A DNA stretch of 64,000 bases, taken from Alphaproteobacteria bacterium. GTDB taxonomy: Bacteria > Pseudomonadota > Alphaproteobacteria > SMXQ01. Each line of letters begins with the position of its first letter. Position 1 is the first letter of the stretch. Under the pieces are notes generated by a model, which was not told where the DNA came from, did not search any database, and saw only the letters and a list, made by a program, of their open reading frames with translations. Of this stretch, positions 26,576 to 35,195 are shown one piece after another. The stretch lies in assembly GCA_035493495.1 (NCBI GenBank), contig DATJIG010000074.1, positions 8,600 through 72,599 of the forward strand. Reading direction: 5' to 3'. The position numbers and the translations under genes were made by a program.

Positions 26576-27568
26576 ATGGATCACATCAAATTTCCCTATC
26601 GGTCTTCGGGCCATCTCGCGCTGATGCACGTCATCAATGAAACGGGAGCCTGGGAGCGCAATGGTCTGAGCGTGGAATTCGACAAGCCTATCGGGAAGCA
26701 TGAGGCGCACGACCTGGCTCTCAAGGGTGACGTCGAGTTCGTGTCGGGAAATCACATTTCGACCTACGCGGCGCGGGCGCGTGGGGATACGTGGACCTAT
26801 CTTGGCCAGACCGTGTCGAAGAACAGCATCTCGCTCGTCACCCGAAAGGACGCCGGCATCGATAAGCTCGAAGACGTCCGCCACAGGAAGTTCGGCACTA
26901 AAGATGGCCATCCTGGATACAACACATGGCTCTATCTGAAGCAGGCCGGAATTGATCCGGACCGGGACCAGGTGGAACTCGTTCAAGTGGCGAGCGCGAT
27001 AGATTCCGCCGGTTCACAGTACGGTCGGCGCAAGCGTCTGCCGCAGATGTTGCTGGATAACGATATCGATGCCTGCTTCCTGAGCGAGCCGGAACTGGGA
27101 CTGGCCGCTCCCCTGGGTCTGAAGGTCATCGATATCCCTGCTCAGGACATGATCTTTTTCATGACGATTTCTTCGACAATGAAATTCGTCACGGAGCATC
27201 CGGATATGGTGAAGCAGATGCTCAAATCGGTGCTCGAGGGAATTGCCTATTTCAAGATGCATCGCGATGAAACCATCAAGATCATCCAGGCAAAGCATAA
27301 CCGGGAAGGTAACCTCGACCTCGCCGGTGCGCAGCGCGTGTATGACGACCTCGCGCCGCGCCTGGAACCCAAGCTCTATCCGTCGTTGCCCGCGGTCTAC
27401 AACGTGTACCAGGAGGCCTTAAAGGCCGACGAAAAGAACGGCGACGCGAAGCGGATTCATCCGATGGCGTTGTGGGATGTTCATCTGCTTCGTGAGATCG
27501 ACGATAGCGGGTTCATCACCAACCTCTACAAAAGCCACCCGCATTTGCTGGAAGGCTATGGTGGCTAG
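26576..27568 (+). CDS. NMT1/THI5-like (NitT/TauT-type binding-protein fold) protein without recognisable signal peptide
   Basis: ATG at 26576 preceded by AAGAGGA. Begins MDHIKFPYRSSGHLALMHVINETGAWERNGLSVEF with no hydrophobic leader. About 330 aa with periplasmic-binding-protein type II-like layout. Confidence 0.55.
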   Translation: MDHIKFPYRSSGHLALMHVINETGAWERNGLSVEFDKPIGKHEAHDLALKGDVEFVSGNHISTYAARARGDTWTYLGQTVSKNSISLVTRKDAGIDKLEDVRHRKFGTKDGHPGYNTWLYLKQAGIDPDRDQVELVQVASAIDSAGSQYGRRKRLPQMLLDNDIDACFLSEPELGLAAPLGLKVIDIPAQDMIFFMTISSTMKFVTEHPDMVKQMLKSVLEGIAYFKMHRDETIKIIQAKHNREGNLDLAGAQRVYDDLAPRLEPKLYPSLPAVYNVYQEALKADEKNGDAKRIHPMALWDVHLLREIDDSGFITNLYKSHPHLLEGYGG

Positions 27569-27641
27569 ATCGCGGTTGCTCAGCGGTGATGTCCTCGCCT
27601 GAAGCGGATCCGGAGTTCATGGTCAAGGAGCTCGAGGTCGA

Positions 27642-28688
27642 ATGAGCGCGCGGTTGCCACGGCGTTGGACCATCGCCGCGCTTGTCGGCGTTCTCACCCT
27701 GTGGTCTCGCACGGAGTCAGCGGCGGCCGCGTCGTTCTACGACGACAAGATCATTCACATCATCGTCGGCGGTGCCGCGGGCGGCGGGTACGACGTGACG
27801 GCCCGTCTTCTGGCGCGCCACCTGCCGGCTCACGTCGGCGGCAACGCCAAGGCGATCGTCCAGAACATGCCGGGCGCCGGCACGGTCAAACTGCCGCTCC
27901 ACATGTACACCGTTGCGCCTACCGACAGCACGGTGATCGGCGCCTTCAACAACGCCGTGGCCTTCGCTCCTCTGCTCGGCGTGCCCCAGGCGGACTTCGA
28001 CCCAACGAAGTTCCACTGGCTGGGGTCGCCGTCGACCGAGATTGGGCTGGCAGTCATCTGGCACACGGTGCCGGTGAATTCGATCGAGGATGCCAGGAAT
28101 CGCGAGGTCATCATGGCGACCTCCGGCGGCGGGTCGTCGGCGGCGTTCTACGGGCGCATCCTCAACACGGTTCTCGGCACGAAGTTCAAGCTCCTCTCGG
28201 GCTACTCGGGGATGGGCGAAGCGTTCATCGCCATGGAACGAGGGGAGACCGAGGGCTTCCCGAGCGCACTGTGGAGCAGCCTGCAGGCGACCAAGCCCGA
28301 CTGGATCCGCGATCATAAGGTCAAGGTGATCCTCCAGTACGGGCGCAAGCCCAGCCCAGACCTGCCGGACGTGCCGGTGGCGCGCGATCTGGCGAAGAAT
28401 GATCAGGACCGCGTGCTCATCGATGCGGCCATGGCGCCGCTCGAGATGGGGCGGCCGTTCGCGATGGCGCCTCAGGTCCCGATCGAGAACGTGCGCGTGA
28501 TCGAGGCGGCGATGATGGCGACGTTCAAGGACTCGGCGTTCATCGCCGAGGCGCACAAGCAGATGCTCGAGGTTGACGCCGAGCCGAAGACGGGAGACGA
28601 CCTGTTGGCCATCGTTACGGAGGTTTACGGGGCGCCGAAGCTGGTGCGCGAGCGGCTGCTCGATTTCTACAAGCAGGATTCCAAGTAG
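27642..28688 (+). CDS. Bug/TctC-family substrate-binding protein
   Basis: Signal peptide, then FYDDKIIHIIVGGAAGGGYDVTARLLARHL...IVQNMPGAGT. Close paralog of 32374..33402. Confidence 0.85.
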   Translation: MSARLPRRWTIAALVGVLTLWSRTESAAAASFYDDKIIHIIVGGAAGGGYDVTARLLARHLPAHVGGNAKAIVQNMPGAGTVKLPLHMYTVAPTDSTVIGAFNNAVAFAPLLGVPQADFDPTKFHWLGSPSTEIGLAVIWHTVPVNSIEDARNREVIMATSGGGSSAAFYGRILNTVLGTKFKLLSGYSGMGEAFIAMERGETEGFPSALWSSLQATKPDWIRDHKVKVILQYGRKPSPDLPDVPVARDLAKNDQDRVLIDAAMAPLEMGRPFAMAPQVPIENVRVIEAAMMATFKDSAFIAEAHKQMLEVDAEPKTGDDLLAIVTEVYGAPKLVRERLLDFYKQDSK

Positions 28689-28706
28689 GGTTCAGGAGGA
28701 GGACGC

Positions 28707-29513
28707 GTGTCGGATATCGTTTCCAGGGACGTCACGTGCGGCAACGGTATGCCGGGATATCTCGCCCTCCCGCCGGGGAGCGGCAAGGTTCCGGGCGTGA
28801 TCATTCTTCATGAGCGCTATGGCTATGTGCAGCATCCGCGGGATGTGGCCGATCGCTTCGCCCGTCTCGGCATGGCGGGATTTGCCATCAACGGCTTCTT
28901 CAACTGCGACTTCCAGCCGGCGCTTGCCGACGGCACCAAGCGCTTTCATTTCACCGATCCGCAATCGGTCGAATACGTCCGCGCCGCCATCCGCACCATG
29001 ACCGAGGAGGCCCCGGTCGACCGAAGCAAGATCGCGTTGCTCGGGATGTGCCAGACCGGGCGGCATCCTTTGGTGATGGCGGCGCAGAAGGGCGAGATCG
29101 CGGCGGCGATCTGCTGGTACGGGGCAGGGGCGAACCGGGAGTTCGAGGCGGGACCGCTGTTCCCGCGGCCGCTCGGCGAGGTGATCGCTGACATCGATTG
29201 CCCTGTCCTCGGCCTGTTCGGCGAGAAGGACAATCACATCCCGGTGTCGAACGTGCGCCGCATGCGCGATCTGCTCGAACAGAGCGGCAAGACATTCGAG
29301 ATCAACGTCTACCAGGGGGCGCCCCACGGCTTCCTCAACAACACCATGCTGGAGCGATATCGTCACGAGGAGTCGGAATCGGCGTGGCGCGTGCAGATGG
29401 ATTTTCTGCATCGCGCGTTCAATGGCGGCTTCGACCGGACGCGTGCCGTCCAGCACTACGCCGCCGATATCGCCGCGGATTATCGCTTCGCGTCGTCGAG
29501 CGCTCATGTCTGA
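28707..29513 (+). CDS. Dienelactone hydrolase family alpha/beta hydrolase
   Basis: GTG start. GVIILHERYG, nucleophile elbow LLGMCQTG (G-x-C-x-G) and C-terminal YQGAPHGF, typical of the DLH family. Confidence 0.8.
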   Translation: MSDIVSRDVTCGNGMPGYLALPPGSGKVPGVIILHERYGYVQHPRDVADRFARLGMAGFAINGFFNCDFQPALADGTKRFHFTDPQSVEYVRAAIRTMTEEAPVDRSKIALLGMCQTGRHPLVMAAQKGEIAAAICWYGAGANREFEAGPLFPRPLGEVIADIDCPVLGLFGEKDNHIPVSNVRRMRDLLEQSGKTFEINVYQGAPHGFLNNTMLERYRHEESESAWRVQMDFLHRAFNGGFDRTRAVQHYAADIAADYRFASSSAHV

Positions 29514-29531
29514 AGTCCGTGGAGATCGCAG

Positions 29532-30608
29532 ATGAACCGCGTTTTTGCCAACGCGCTGATGCTGGCGGCGCTGTGCACCGCGTGGAGCGGCGCGGCTGCC
29601 GCCGACGCGACCGGCGACTTTTATTCCGGCAAGCGGCTGACGTTCGTGGTCGGTTCCGAGGCCGGCAGCGGCTACGACGCCTATGCTCGGCTCCTGGCGC
29701 GAAACATCGTCCGGTTCATCCCCGGTAATCCCGAGGTCATCGTCCAGAACAAGCCCGGTGCCGGATCGATCACGGCGATCAATGCCGTCTACAACACGCT
29801 GCCCCAGGACGGCACAGTCATTGTGTCGCTCAACCGCACGGCGCCGTTCAGCCAGATTCTCGGCCACAGCGGGGCACAGTTCGATCCGGTGAAGCTCAAC
29901 TGGCTCGGCAGCCTATTCGAGGAGATCGGGCTGCTGGTCGCGGACAAAAAGGCGAAGGCGCCGACGCTGGCCGACGCGCGGCAAACGCCGGTCATCATCG
30001 GCGCCACGTCGCCGGGCACCGACAGCGTGATCTTCCCGGCGCTCCTCAACAACACCATCGGCACCAAGTTTCAGCTCGTCCAGGGTTACGGCGGCATGGA
30101 CGGCATCTATCTGGCGTTTGCCCGCGGCGAGATCCAGGGTCAGGAGAGTTCGCTCGAATCCACCCGGCGCAAGATCCCGAACTGGCGCTCCGAGACCGAC
30201 ATTCTGGTGCAATTTGGCCTGCGCAAGCACCGCGATCTGCCCGACGTTCCGCTGGTGCTCGACCGCATCGATCCGGCCTGGGTCGTCCCGGGCCTTACGG
30301 TTCAGGAGGTTACCGACTTCTGGCGGTTCATCCTTGCACAGACGCGGATCGGCCGACCGTTTGCCCTCGGGCCTGGCGTTCCGAAGCAGCGCATGGAGGC
30401 TTTGCGTAGGGCTTTTGATGTAACCGCGAGAGACAGCATCTTCCTCGGGCAGGCGGCGAAGAGTCAGCTCGACATCGATCCCGTCGGCGGCGCGGAAATC
30501 GATTCCTTGATCGCTCAGGCTGCATCGCTCTCCCGCGACTCGATCGAGAAGCTTAAAGGCGAAATCAACTACAAGGGGGCCAGTGTGACGGCTCCCAAGC
30601 AGCCCTGA
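29532..30608 (+). CDS. Bug/TctC-family substrate-binding protein
   Basis: Signal peptide MNRVFANALMLAALCTAWSGAAAA, then FYSGKRLTFVVGSEAGSGYDAYARLLARNI...IVQNKPGAGS. Confidence 0.85.
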   Translation: MNRVFANALMLAALCTAWSGAAAADATGDFYSGKRLTFVVGSEAGSGYDAYARLLARNIVRFIPGNPEVIVQNKPGAGSITAINAVYNTLPQDGTVIVSLNRTAPFSQILGHSGAQFDPVKLNWLGSLFEEIGLLVADKKAKAPTLADARQTPVIIGATSPGTDSVIFPALLNNTIGTKFQLVQGYGGMDGIYLAFARGEIQGQESSLESTRRKIPNWRSETDILVQFGLRKHRDLPDVPLVLDRIDPAWVVPGLTVQEVTDFWRFILAQTRIGRPFALGPGVPKQRMEALRRAFDVTARDSIFLGQAAKSQLDIDPVGGAEIDSLIAQAASLSRDSIEKLKGEINYKGASVTAPKQP

Positions 30609-30633
30609 ACGGGGCGGAGACGGAGAGACGCGG

Positions 30634-31173
30634 ATGGCTCGAACGTTGAAACTCCTGACGCTGGTCGGAAATCCCAAGGCGGGGTCCCGCACCCTGCACG
30701 TCGCCGAAGAGGTGGCACGGCAGATCGACGGGCTCGGCAAGGCGCAAGGTCTCGAGATCGCGACCGAGTCGATCGATATCGTGACGTTGGGTGCGGGGTT
30801 GTTCGACTGGGACAGCAAGCTCGTCAACGACGCCCTGCAGAAAGTGGCTGAGGCGGACGTTCTGGTCGTCGCGAGCCCGGTGTACAAGGCGGCCTTCACC
30901 GGGGTGCTGAAGCTCTTTCTCGATCGCATCCCGATGGAGGGCCTGGCCGGCCGGATCGTGATCCCGATGATGGTCGCGGCGGCGCCGATCCACACGCTCG
31001 CGGTGGAGGTACACCTGCGACCGGTCCTCATCGAGCTCGGCGGTTCTTGCCCGGTTCGCGGACTCGTCGTCATGGAATCAAAGCTCAGCGAGCTCCCGGA
31101 TATCGTCGGAAAGTGGCTCGCTGGAGCAAAAGACGTTTTGCAACCGCTAATGCGCGCCCGGGCGGAAATATAG
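30634..31173 (+). CDS. NAD(P)H-dependent FMN reductase (SsuE/MsuE-like flavodoxin fold)
   Basis: 179 aa. LTLVGNPKAGSRTLHVAEEV ... LVVASPVYKAAFTGVLKLFLD are typical FMN_red motifs. Lies immediately upstream of an LLM monooxygenase. Confidence 0.8.
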   Translation: MARTLKLLTLVGNPKAGSRTLHVAEEVARQIDGLGKAQGLEIATESIDIVTLGAGLFDWDSKLVNDALQKVAEADVLVVASPVYKAAFTGVLKLFLDRIPMEGLAGRIVIPMMVAAAPIHTLAVEVHLRPVLIELGGSCPVRGLVVMESKLSELPDIVGKWLAGAKDVLQPLMRARAEI

Positions 31174-31195
31174 TCGGCAAAGACAGAGGGGTGTC

Positions 31196-32347
31196 ATGTC
31201 GAAGTTCGTCAATTTCGGCGTCTTCATGCCGGTCACCAACAATGGCTGGATCATTTCGAAGAACTCGCCGCAGTTCATGCCGACCTACGACCTCAATTTG
31301 AGGATTGGTCGCCTCGCCGGAGAGATCGGCTTCAGCTACCTGTTTGCGATGGGGAAGTGGCGCGGTTTCGGCGGCGACACCGAATTCTGGAAGTACTCGA
31401 TCGAGTCGATGACGTTGATGACGGGGCTCGCCGCGGCGGTGCCCGACCTGCGCATGATCGCGTCGGTGTCTCCGGCGCTGATGCATCCCGCGGTGTTCGC
31501 GAAGATCGCGGCGACGATGGACGACGTGTCCGGCGGCCGCATGGGGATCAACATCGTTAGCGCCGGCAACCGCAACGAATACGCCCAGATGGGCCTTTAC
31601 CCGGAGAACTTCGAGGAGTTCCGGTACGACTACACCGAAGAGTGGATGACCGTCGTGCGGCGCCTGTGGACCGAGGACAGCGTTACGTCGCACGGAAAGT
31701 ATTTCACGCTCGACGACTGTCAGTCGTTTCCGAAGCCGGTCCAGGGCGAGCTGCCGGTCGTGTGCGCTTCATCGTCGGAGCGCGGCTTCCAGTTCATCGC
31801 CGACCATTGCACCGACGGCTTTTTCGGCGGATCCACTCTCGAACTGAAGAAGAAGACGAGCCGACGCATCAAGGAAGTGGCGGCCGGGCGAGGGCGGTCG
31901 GTGCGCACCCATACCCTTGTCTCGCTCATTTTGGGCGACAGTGATGACGACGCGCAGAGGATCTTCGCGCATTACAAGGCGGGCGCCGATCTTGCCGCCA
32001 TCGAAAACATTTACCACCTGCGCGCCGACGACAAAAAAGGTGTCCGGAAGGAAGGCCTGCAGGCCCGCTATGCCTCCGACGACGTGCGTATCTTCTACGG
32101 CGGCGTGCCCTTCATCGCCGGTCCCGAGAAGGTCGCGGCCATGCTCGAGGAACTGGCTGTCGACGGCGACGTCGACGGCATCATGTTCGTGTTTCCGGAT
32201 TTCATCGAAGGCCTACGGCGCTTCGACCAGTTGGTGTCGCCGCTGCTGAAGAAGCGTGGGCTGGTGTTCGGCGGGCCAGAGCGGCTTGCGATGCCGGGCG
32301 CCTCTGCATCGGTGACAGGACGGATCCGCGCCTCTCAGGACCACTGA
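31196..32347 (+). CDS. Luciferase-like (LLM) flavin-dependent monooxygenase, RutA-like subfamily
   Basis: 383 aa. FGVFMPVTNNGWIISKNSPQFMPTYDLN, RGFGGDTEFW and HYKAGAD closely match my recollection of E. coli RutA ([42 protein letters not shown]). Confidence 0.75.
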   Translation: MSKFVNFGVFMPVTNNGWIISKNSPQFMPTYDLNLRIGRLAGEIGFSYLFAMGKWRGFGGDTEFWKYSIESMTLMTGLAAAVPDLRMIASVSPALMHPAVFAKIAATMDDVSGGRMGINIVSAGNRNEYAQMGLYPENFEEFRYDYTEEWMTVVRRLWTEDSVTSHGKYFTLDDCQSFPKPVQGELPVVCASSSERGFQFIADHCTDGFFGGSTLELKKKTSRRIKEVAAGRGRSVRTHTLVSLILGDSDDDAQRIFAHYKAGADLAAIENIYHLRADDKKGVRKEGLQARYASDDVRIFYGGVPFIAGPEKVAAMLEELAVDGDVDGIMFVFPDFIEGLRRFDQLVSPLLKKRGLVFGGPERLAMPGASASVTGRIRASQDH

Positions 32348-32373
32348 CCGGACACAGCGCTCGGAGGATCGGG

Positions 32374-33402
32374 ATGGTTGGACTAGGGCGCTTGGCGGCG
32401 ACGGTGCTGGCGGCAATTGTCGGTGTTGCTGCGCATTCGTCCTCGGGGTTCGGAGACAGTTTCTACAAAGGAAAAACTATCCGGATTCTGACCTCGGAGA
32501 GCGGCAGCGGCTACGACGCCACAGCGCGTCTCGTCGCGCGGCATCTTCCTACGCACATCGACGGCGGCTTGACCGCCGTCGTCCAGACCATGCCCGGCGC
32601 GACGATCAAGATCCCGCTGTATCTCTCCACGGTGGTTCGTGGCGAGAGCACCGTCATCGGAGCCATCAACAACGCCGTTGCGTTCGCGCCGCTGCTCGGC
32701 GTGCCCCAGGCGGACTTCGATCCGACGACGTTCAACTGGCTTGGATCGCCGTCGACGGAGGTGGGCTTGGTACTCGTCTGGCACACGGTTCCGGTGTACT
32801 CGATCGAGGACGCTAGGAACCGCGAGCTGATCATGGGCGTCGGCAACAGTAGCTCGTCGGCGACATTCTACGGCCGTCTACTCAACGACGTTCTCGGCGT
32901 CCGATTCCGGCTGCTTCAGGGCTACGCGGGAATGGCGTCGGCCTTTCTGGCTATGGAACGCGGCGAGACTGAGGGTTTCCCGAGCACGCTGTGGAACAGC
33001 CTCAAATCGACCAAGGCCGATTGGCTGGCCGAAAAGAAAGTACGGATCCTGGTGCAGTACGGACGTAATCCGGCGCCCGATCTGCCCAACGTTCCCGTCG
33101 CCCGCGACCTCGTGAAAAACGACGAAGACCGCATGCTGCTCGACGCAGCGGCGGCACCGCTGGATATGGGCCGACCCTTCACGATGCCTCCGGCCGCCGA
33201 TCCTGAAAACGTGTCGGTGATGCGCGCCGCGGTCATGGCCACCTTCACCGACCCGGCATTTGTCCAGGAAGCGGAGAAGCTGCATTTCGACGTCGACGCG
33301 ACGCCGAAGAGCGGCGACGACCTTCTCGCCATTGTCCGCAGCGTTTACACGGCACCTGAGGTCGTGCGTGCGCGGCTGCAGAACCTTTACAAGCAGAACT
33401 GA
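32374..33402 (+). CDS. Bug/TctC-family substrate-binding protein
   Basis: Signal peptide, then FYKGKTIRILTSESGSGYDATARLVARHL. Long identical blocks with 27642..28688, such as AFAPLLGVPQADFDPT and AMERGETEGFPS. Confidence 0.85.
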   Translation: MVGLGRLAATVLAAIVGVAAHSSSGFGDSFYKGKTIRILTSESGSGYDATARLVARHLPTHIDGGLTAVVQTMPGATIKIPLYLSTVVRGESTVIGAINNAVAFAPLLGVPQADFDPTTFNWLGSPSTEVGLVLVWHTVPVYSIEDARNRELIMGVGNSSSSATFYGRLLNDVLGVRFRLLQGYAGMASAFLAMERGETEGFPSTLWNSLKSTKADWLAEKKVRILVQYGRNPAPDLPNVPVARDLVKNDEDRMLLDAAAAPLDMGRPFTMPPAADPENVSVMRAAVMATFTDPAFVQEAEKLHFDVDATPKSGDDLLAIVRSVYTAPEVVRARLQNLYKQN

Positions 33403-33424
33403 AACAGTGGGGCGCGGGCCGCAA

Positions 33425-33456
33425 GTTGCTGGCCACCACTGACGGTGGCCAGCAAC
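33425..33456. terminator. Strong hairpin between convergent genes (possible bidirectional terminator, no U-tract)
   Basis: GTTGCTGGCCACC-ACTGAC-GGTGGCCAGCAAC: 13-bp perfect stem between the stop at 33402 (+) and the stop at 33468 (-). Neither side has a clear T-run. Confidence 0.45.
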
Positions 33457-33467
33457 AAGCGCTTACG

Positions 33468-35195
33468 CTACGAAACCCAGAGAGAGTTGCCGTGGCTGTG
33501 GAGTTCGAGGGTGCCGTTTCCGAGCATATCCGCCGCGTTCGGATCCATCGGGCCAGCGGTATTGGTGCCGCTGGTGGCGGCGACCGTTTCACCGTCAATC
33601 GTCACCGACTGCACGTAGAGGTTGCGATCTCCGCCGTGCTTGCCGGGGCTGTAGAGATCGTTGATGAAGTTCACGTCGATCGTGTGCGGTCCGTTGTCAA
33701 ATGGTCCGGTGAGCGTGATGTCCTGCCACTGTCCCTTGCTGTGGAGCGCGGTCGCTGTCTGGGTGCCGCCGATCTGGTGACCGTCGACGAACACCGTGAA
33801 CTGAGCATTGCCCTTGTAAGCGTCTTCCGACACATGGAGAACCAGGGTGCCCGTCGCAGGGGTCGGCGTCGGCGTCGGCGAAGTCGTGGTCCCAGTTGCG
33901 GAGTACGTGACCGCGCCGTTGCCGAACAGCTCCGTGGAACCGTCGGACGGATAGGATGCAACTGTCGACGAGGCCGTACCATGCGAGATGGTCTCGCCGT
34001 TCATCGTCACAGATTGGACGTAGAGGTTGCGATCCGTCGTGCTGGTACCGCCCCACGCGTCGTTGATGAACTGGACGTCGATCGTGTGCGGACCGGTGGA
34101 ATAGGTGCCGCCGATCGCGATGTCCTGCCACTGGCCGGCGGCGTGCGAGGCCGTCGCCGTGTAGGTGCCGCCGATCTGCTGGCCGTCGACATGGACGATG
34201 AACTGCGCGTCGCCGTTGTAGGCGTCCTCGGAGACGCGAACCGACAGGCTCGACCCGGTTGCGGGCGGTGTCGGCGTCGTTTGAGTCAGCAGGCCGTCGG
34301 CCGTCGTGGCTCCGTAAGGTGTGGTGTCGACCCCATCGGGAGAGGACACGTGATCGAGGCTGACGGCGGGAATCGCGCTGTCGCTCGAGTAGGCGCGAAT
34401 GTAGTCGATCTTCATGTCGGCGCTGAAATTCGTCGTCGACGGATTTCCCGCCCACGATCCGCCGACGCCCAAGGTGGCGAGAATGTACATCGGCTGATGC
34501 TCGTCGGCGCCGGTCGGCGTGGTGTATTGAGCGACGCCGTCCAGGTAGAACGTCATCGTCGTCGGCGTCCACATCAGCCCGTAGGTGTGATAGCCCTGAC
34601 TCAGGTCCGTTCCGTTGTTGGCCCACGAGCTGGGCGCAGTGCTGCCCGTGTGGTTCGTCATGACGTCGGTCTTGGGATCCCGGCCGAGCACCTCGGTGAC
34701 GTCGATTTCGGGCGGCCAGGCACCCGACTCCGGAAGCAACCAAAACGCGCTGTTCGTTCCGTACGAGCCGGAAATCTGCGCTCGCATCTCAAAGTAGCCG
34801 TACTCCTGCGAAAAGGAGTTATGGGTATCGATCTGACCGGTGGTGAAGGAGGCGGTCACGCCGGCGGCCTGCAGCTCCGGCGTCGTTGGTTGGGCGTGGA
34901 TGTCGAGAGCACCATTGGCAAGTGAGTACGGCGTCTCGCCAAGTCCGCCGACGCTGCCATCAAGGTAGTAGTCGCTGGCGCCGTTAAGCTGACGGCCACC
35001 CCAGAAGTATTTCGTCTCCCACTTTGTGCCGGTGCCATTTGGTGAGGCGCTGAAGGTGTTGAATTCGTCGTCGAAGGTGAGATGGAAGCCAGTTAGATCG
35101 ACGGCCATTAGTAACAATTCTCCTGACACATATGCCCCAACGGGGCTGAACAGTGCCAAAAGAGAAAACCGGAAGCGCTCGACGTTCATAATCAT
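33468..35195 (-). CDS. Glycoside hydrolase family 16 glycanase with two C-terminal tandem carbohydrate-binding-like repeats
   Basis: 575 aa. GH16 catalytic motif PPEIDVTE, with FDDEFN, YGYFEMRAQ and YHTYGLMWTP. The C-terminus has two roughly 115-aa repeats (VSEDAY[NK]G[DN]AQF...DRNLYVQSVT[MI][ND]GET) after Thr/Pro-rich linkers. No obvious signal peptide. Confidence 0.85.
   Translation of the reverse strand: MIMNVERFRFSLLALFSPVGAYVSGELLLMAVDLTGFHLTFDDEFNTFSASPNGTGTKWETKYFWGGRQLNGASDYYLDGSVGGLGETPYSLANGALDIHAQPTTPELQAAGVTASFTTGQIDTHNSFSQEYGYFEMRAQISGSYGTNSAFWLLPESGAWPPEIDVTEVLGRDPKTDVMTNHTGSTAPSSWANNGTDLSQGYHTYGLMWTPTTMTFYLDGVAQYTTPTGADEHQPMYILATLGVGGSWAGNPSTTNFSADMKIDYIRAYSSDSAIPAVSLDHVSSPDGVDTTPYGATTADGLLTQTTPTPPATGSSLSVRVSEDAYNGDAQFIVHVDGQQIGGTYTATASHAAGQWQDIAIGGTYSTGPHTIDVQFINDAWGGTSTTDRNLYVQSVTMNGETISHGTASSTVASYPSDGSTELFGNGAVTYSATGTTTSPTPTPTPATGTLVLHVSEDAYKGNAQFTVFVDGHQIGGTQTATALHSKGQWQDITLTGPFDNGPHTIDVNFINDLYSPGKHGGDRNLYVQSVTIDGETVAATSGTNTAGPMDPNAADMLGNGTLELHSHGNSLWVS
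33486..34250 (-). repeat. Intragenic tandem duplication encoding two copies of a roughly 115-aa beta-rich module
   Basis: Residues about 316-432 and 450-570 of the GH16 protein align block by block: SVRVSEDAYNGDAQFIVHVDGQQIGGTYTATASHAAGQWQDI versus VLHVSEDAYKGNAQFTVFVDGHQIGGTQTATALHSKGQWQDI. Confidence 0.8.

Noticed and set aside
33426-34925. 499-aa plus-strand ORF and a 348-aa alternative minus-strand frame over the GH16 gene
   Set aside because: The GH16 frame contains the catalytic and repeat motifs. The others are Arg/Gly-rich shadow frames.
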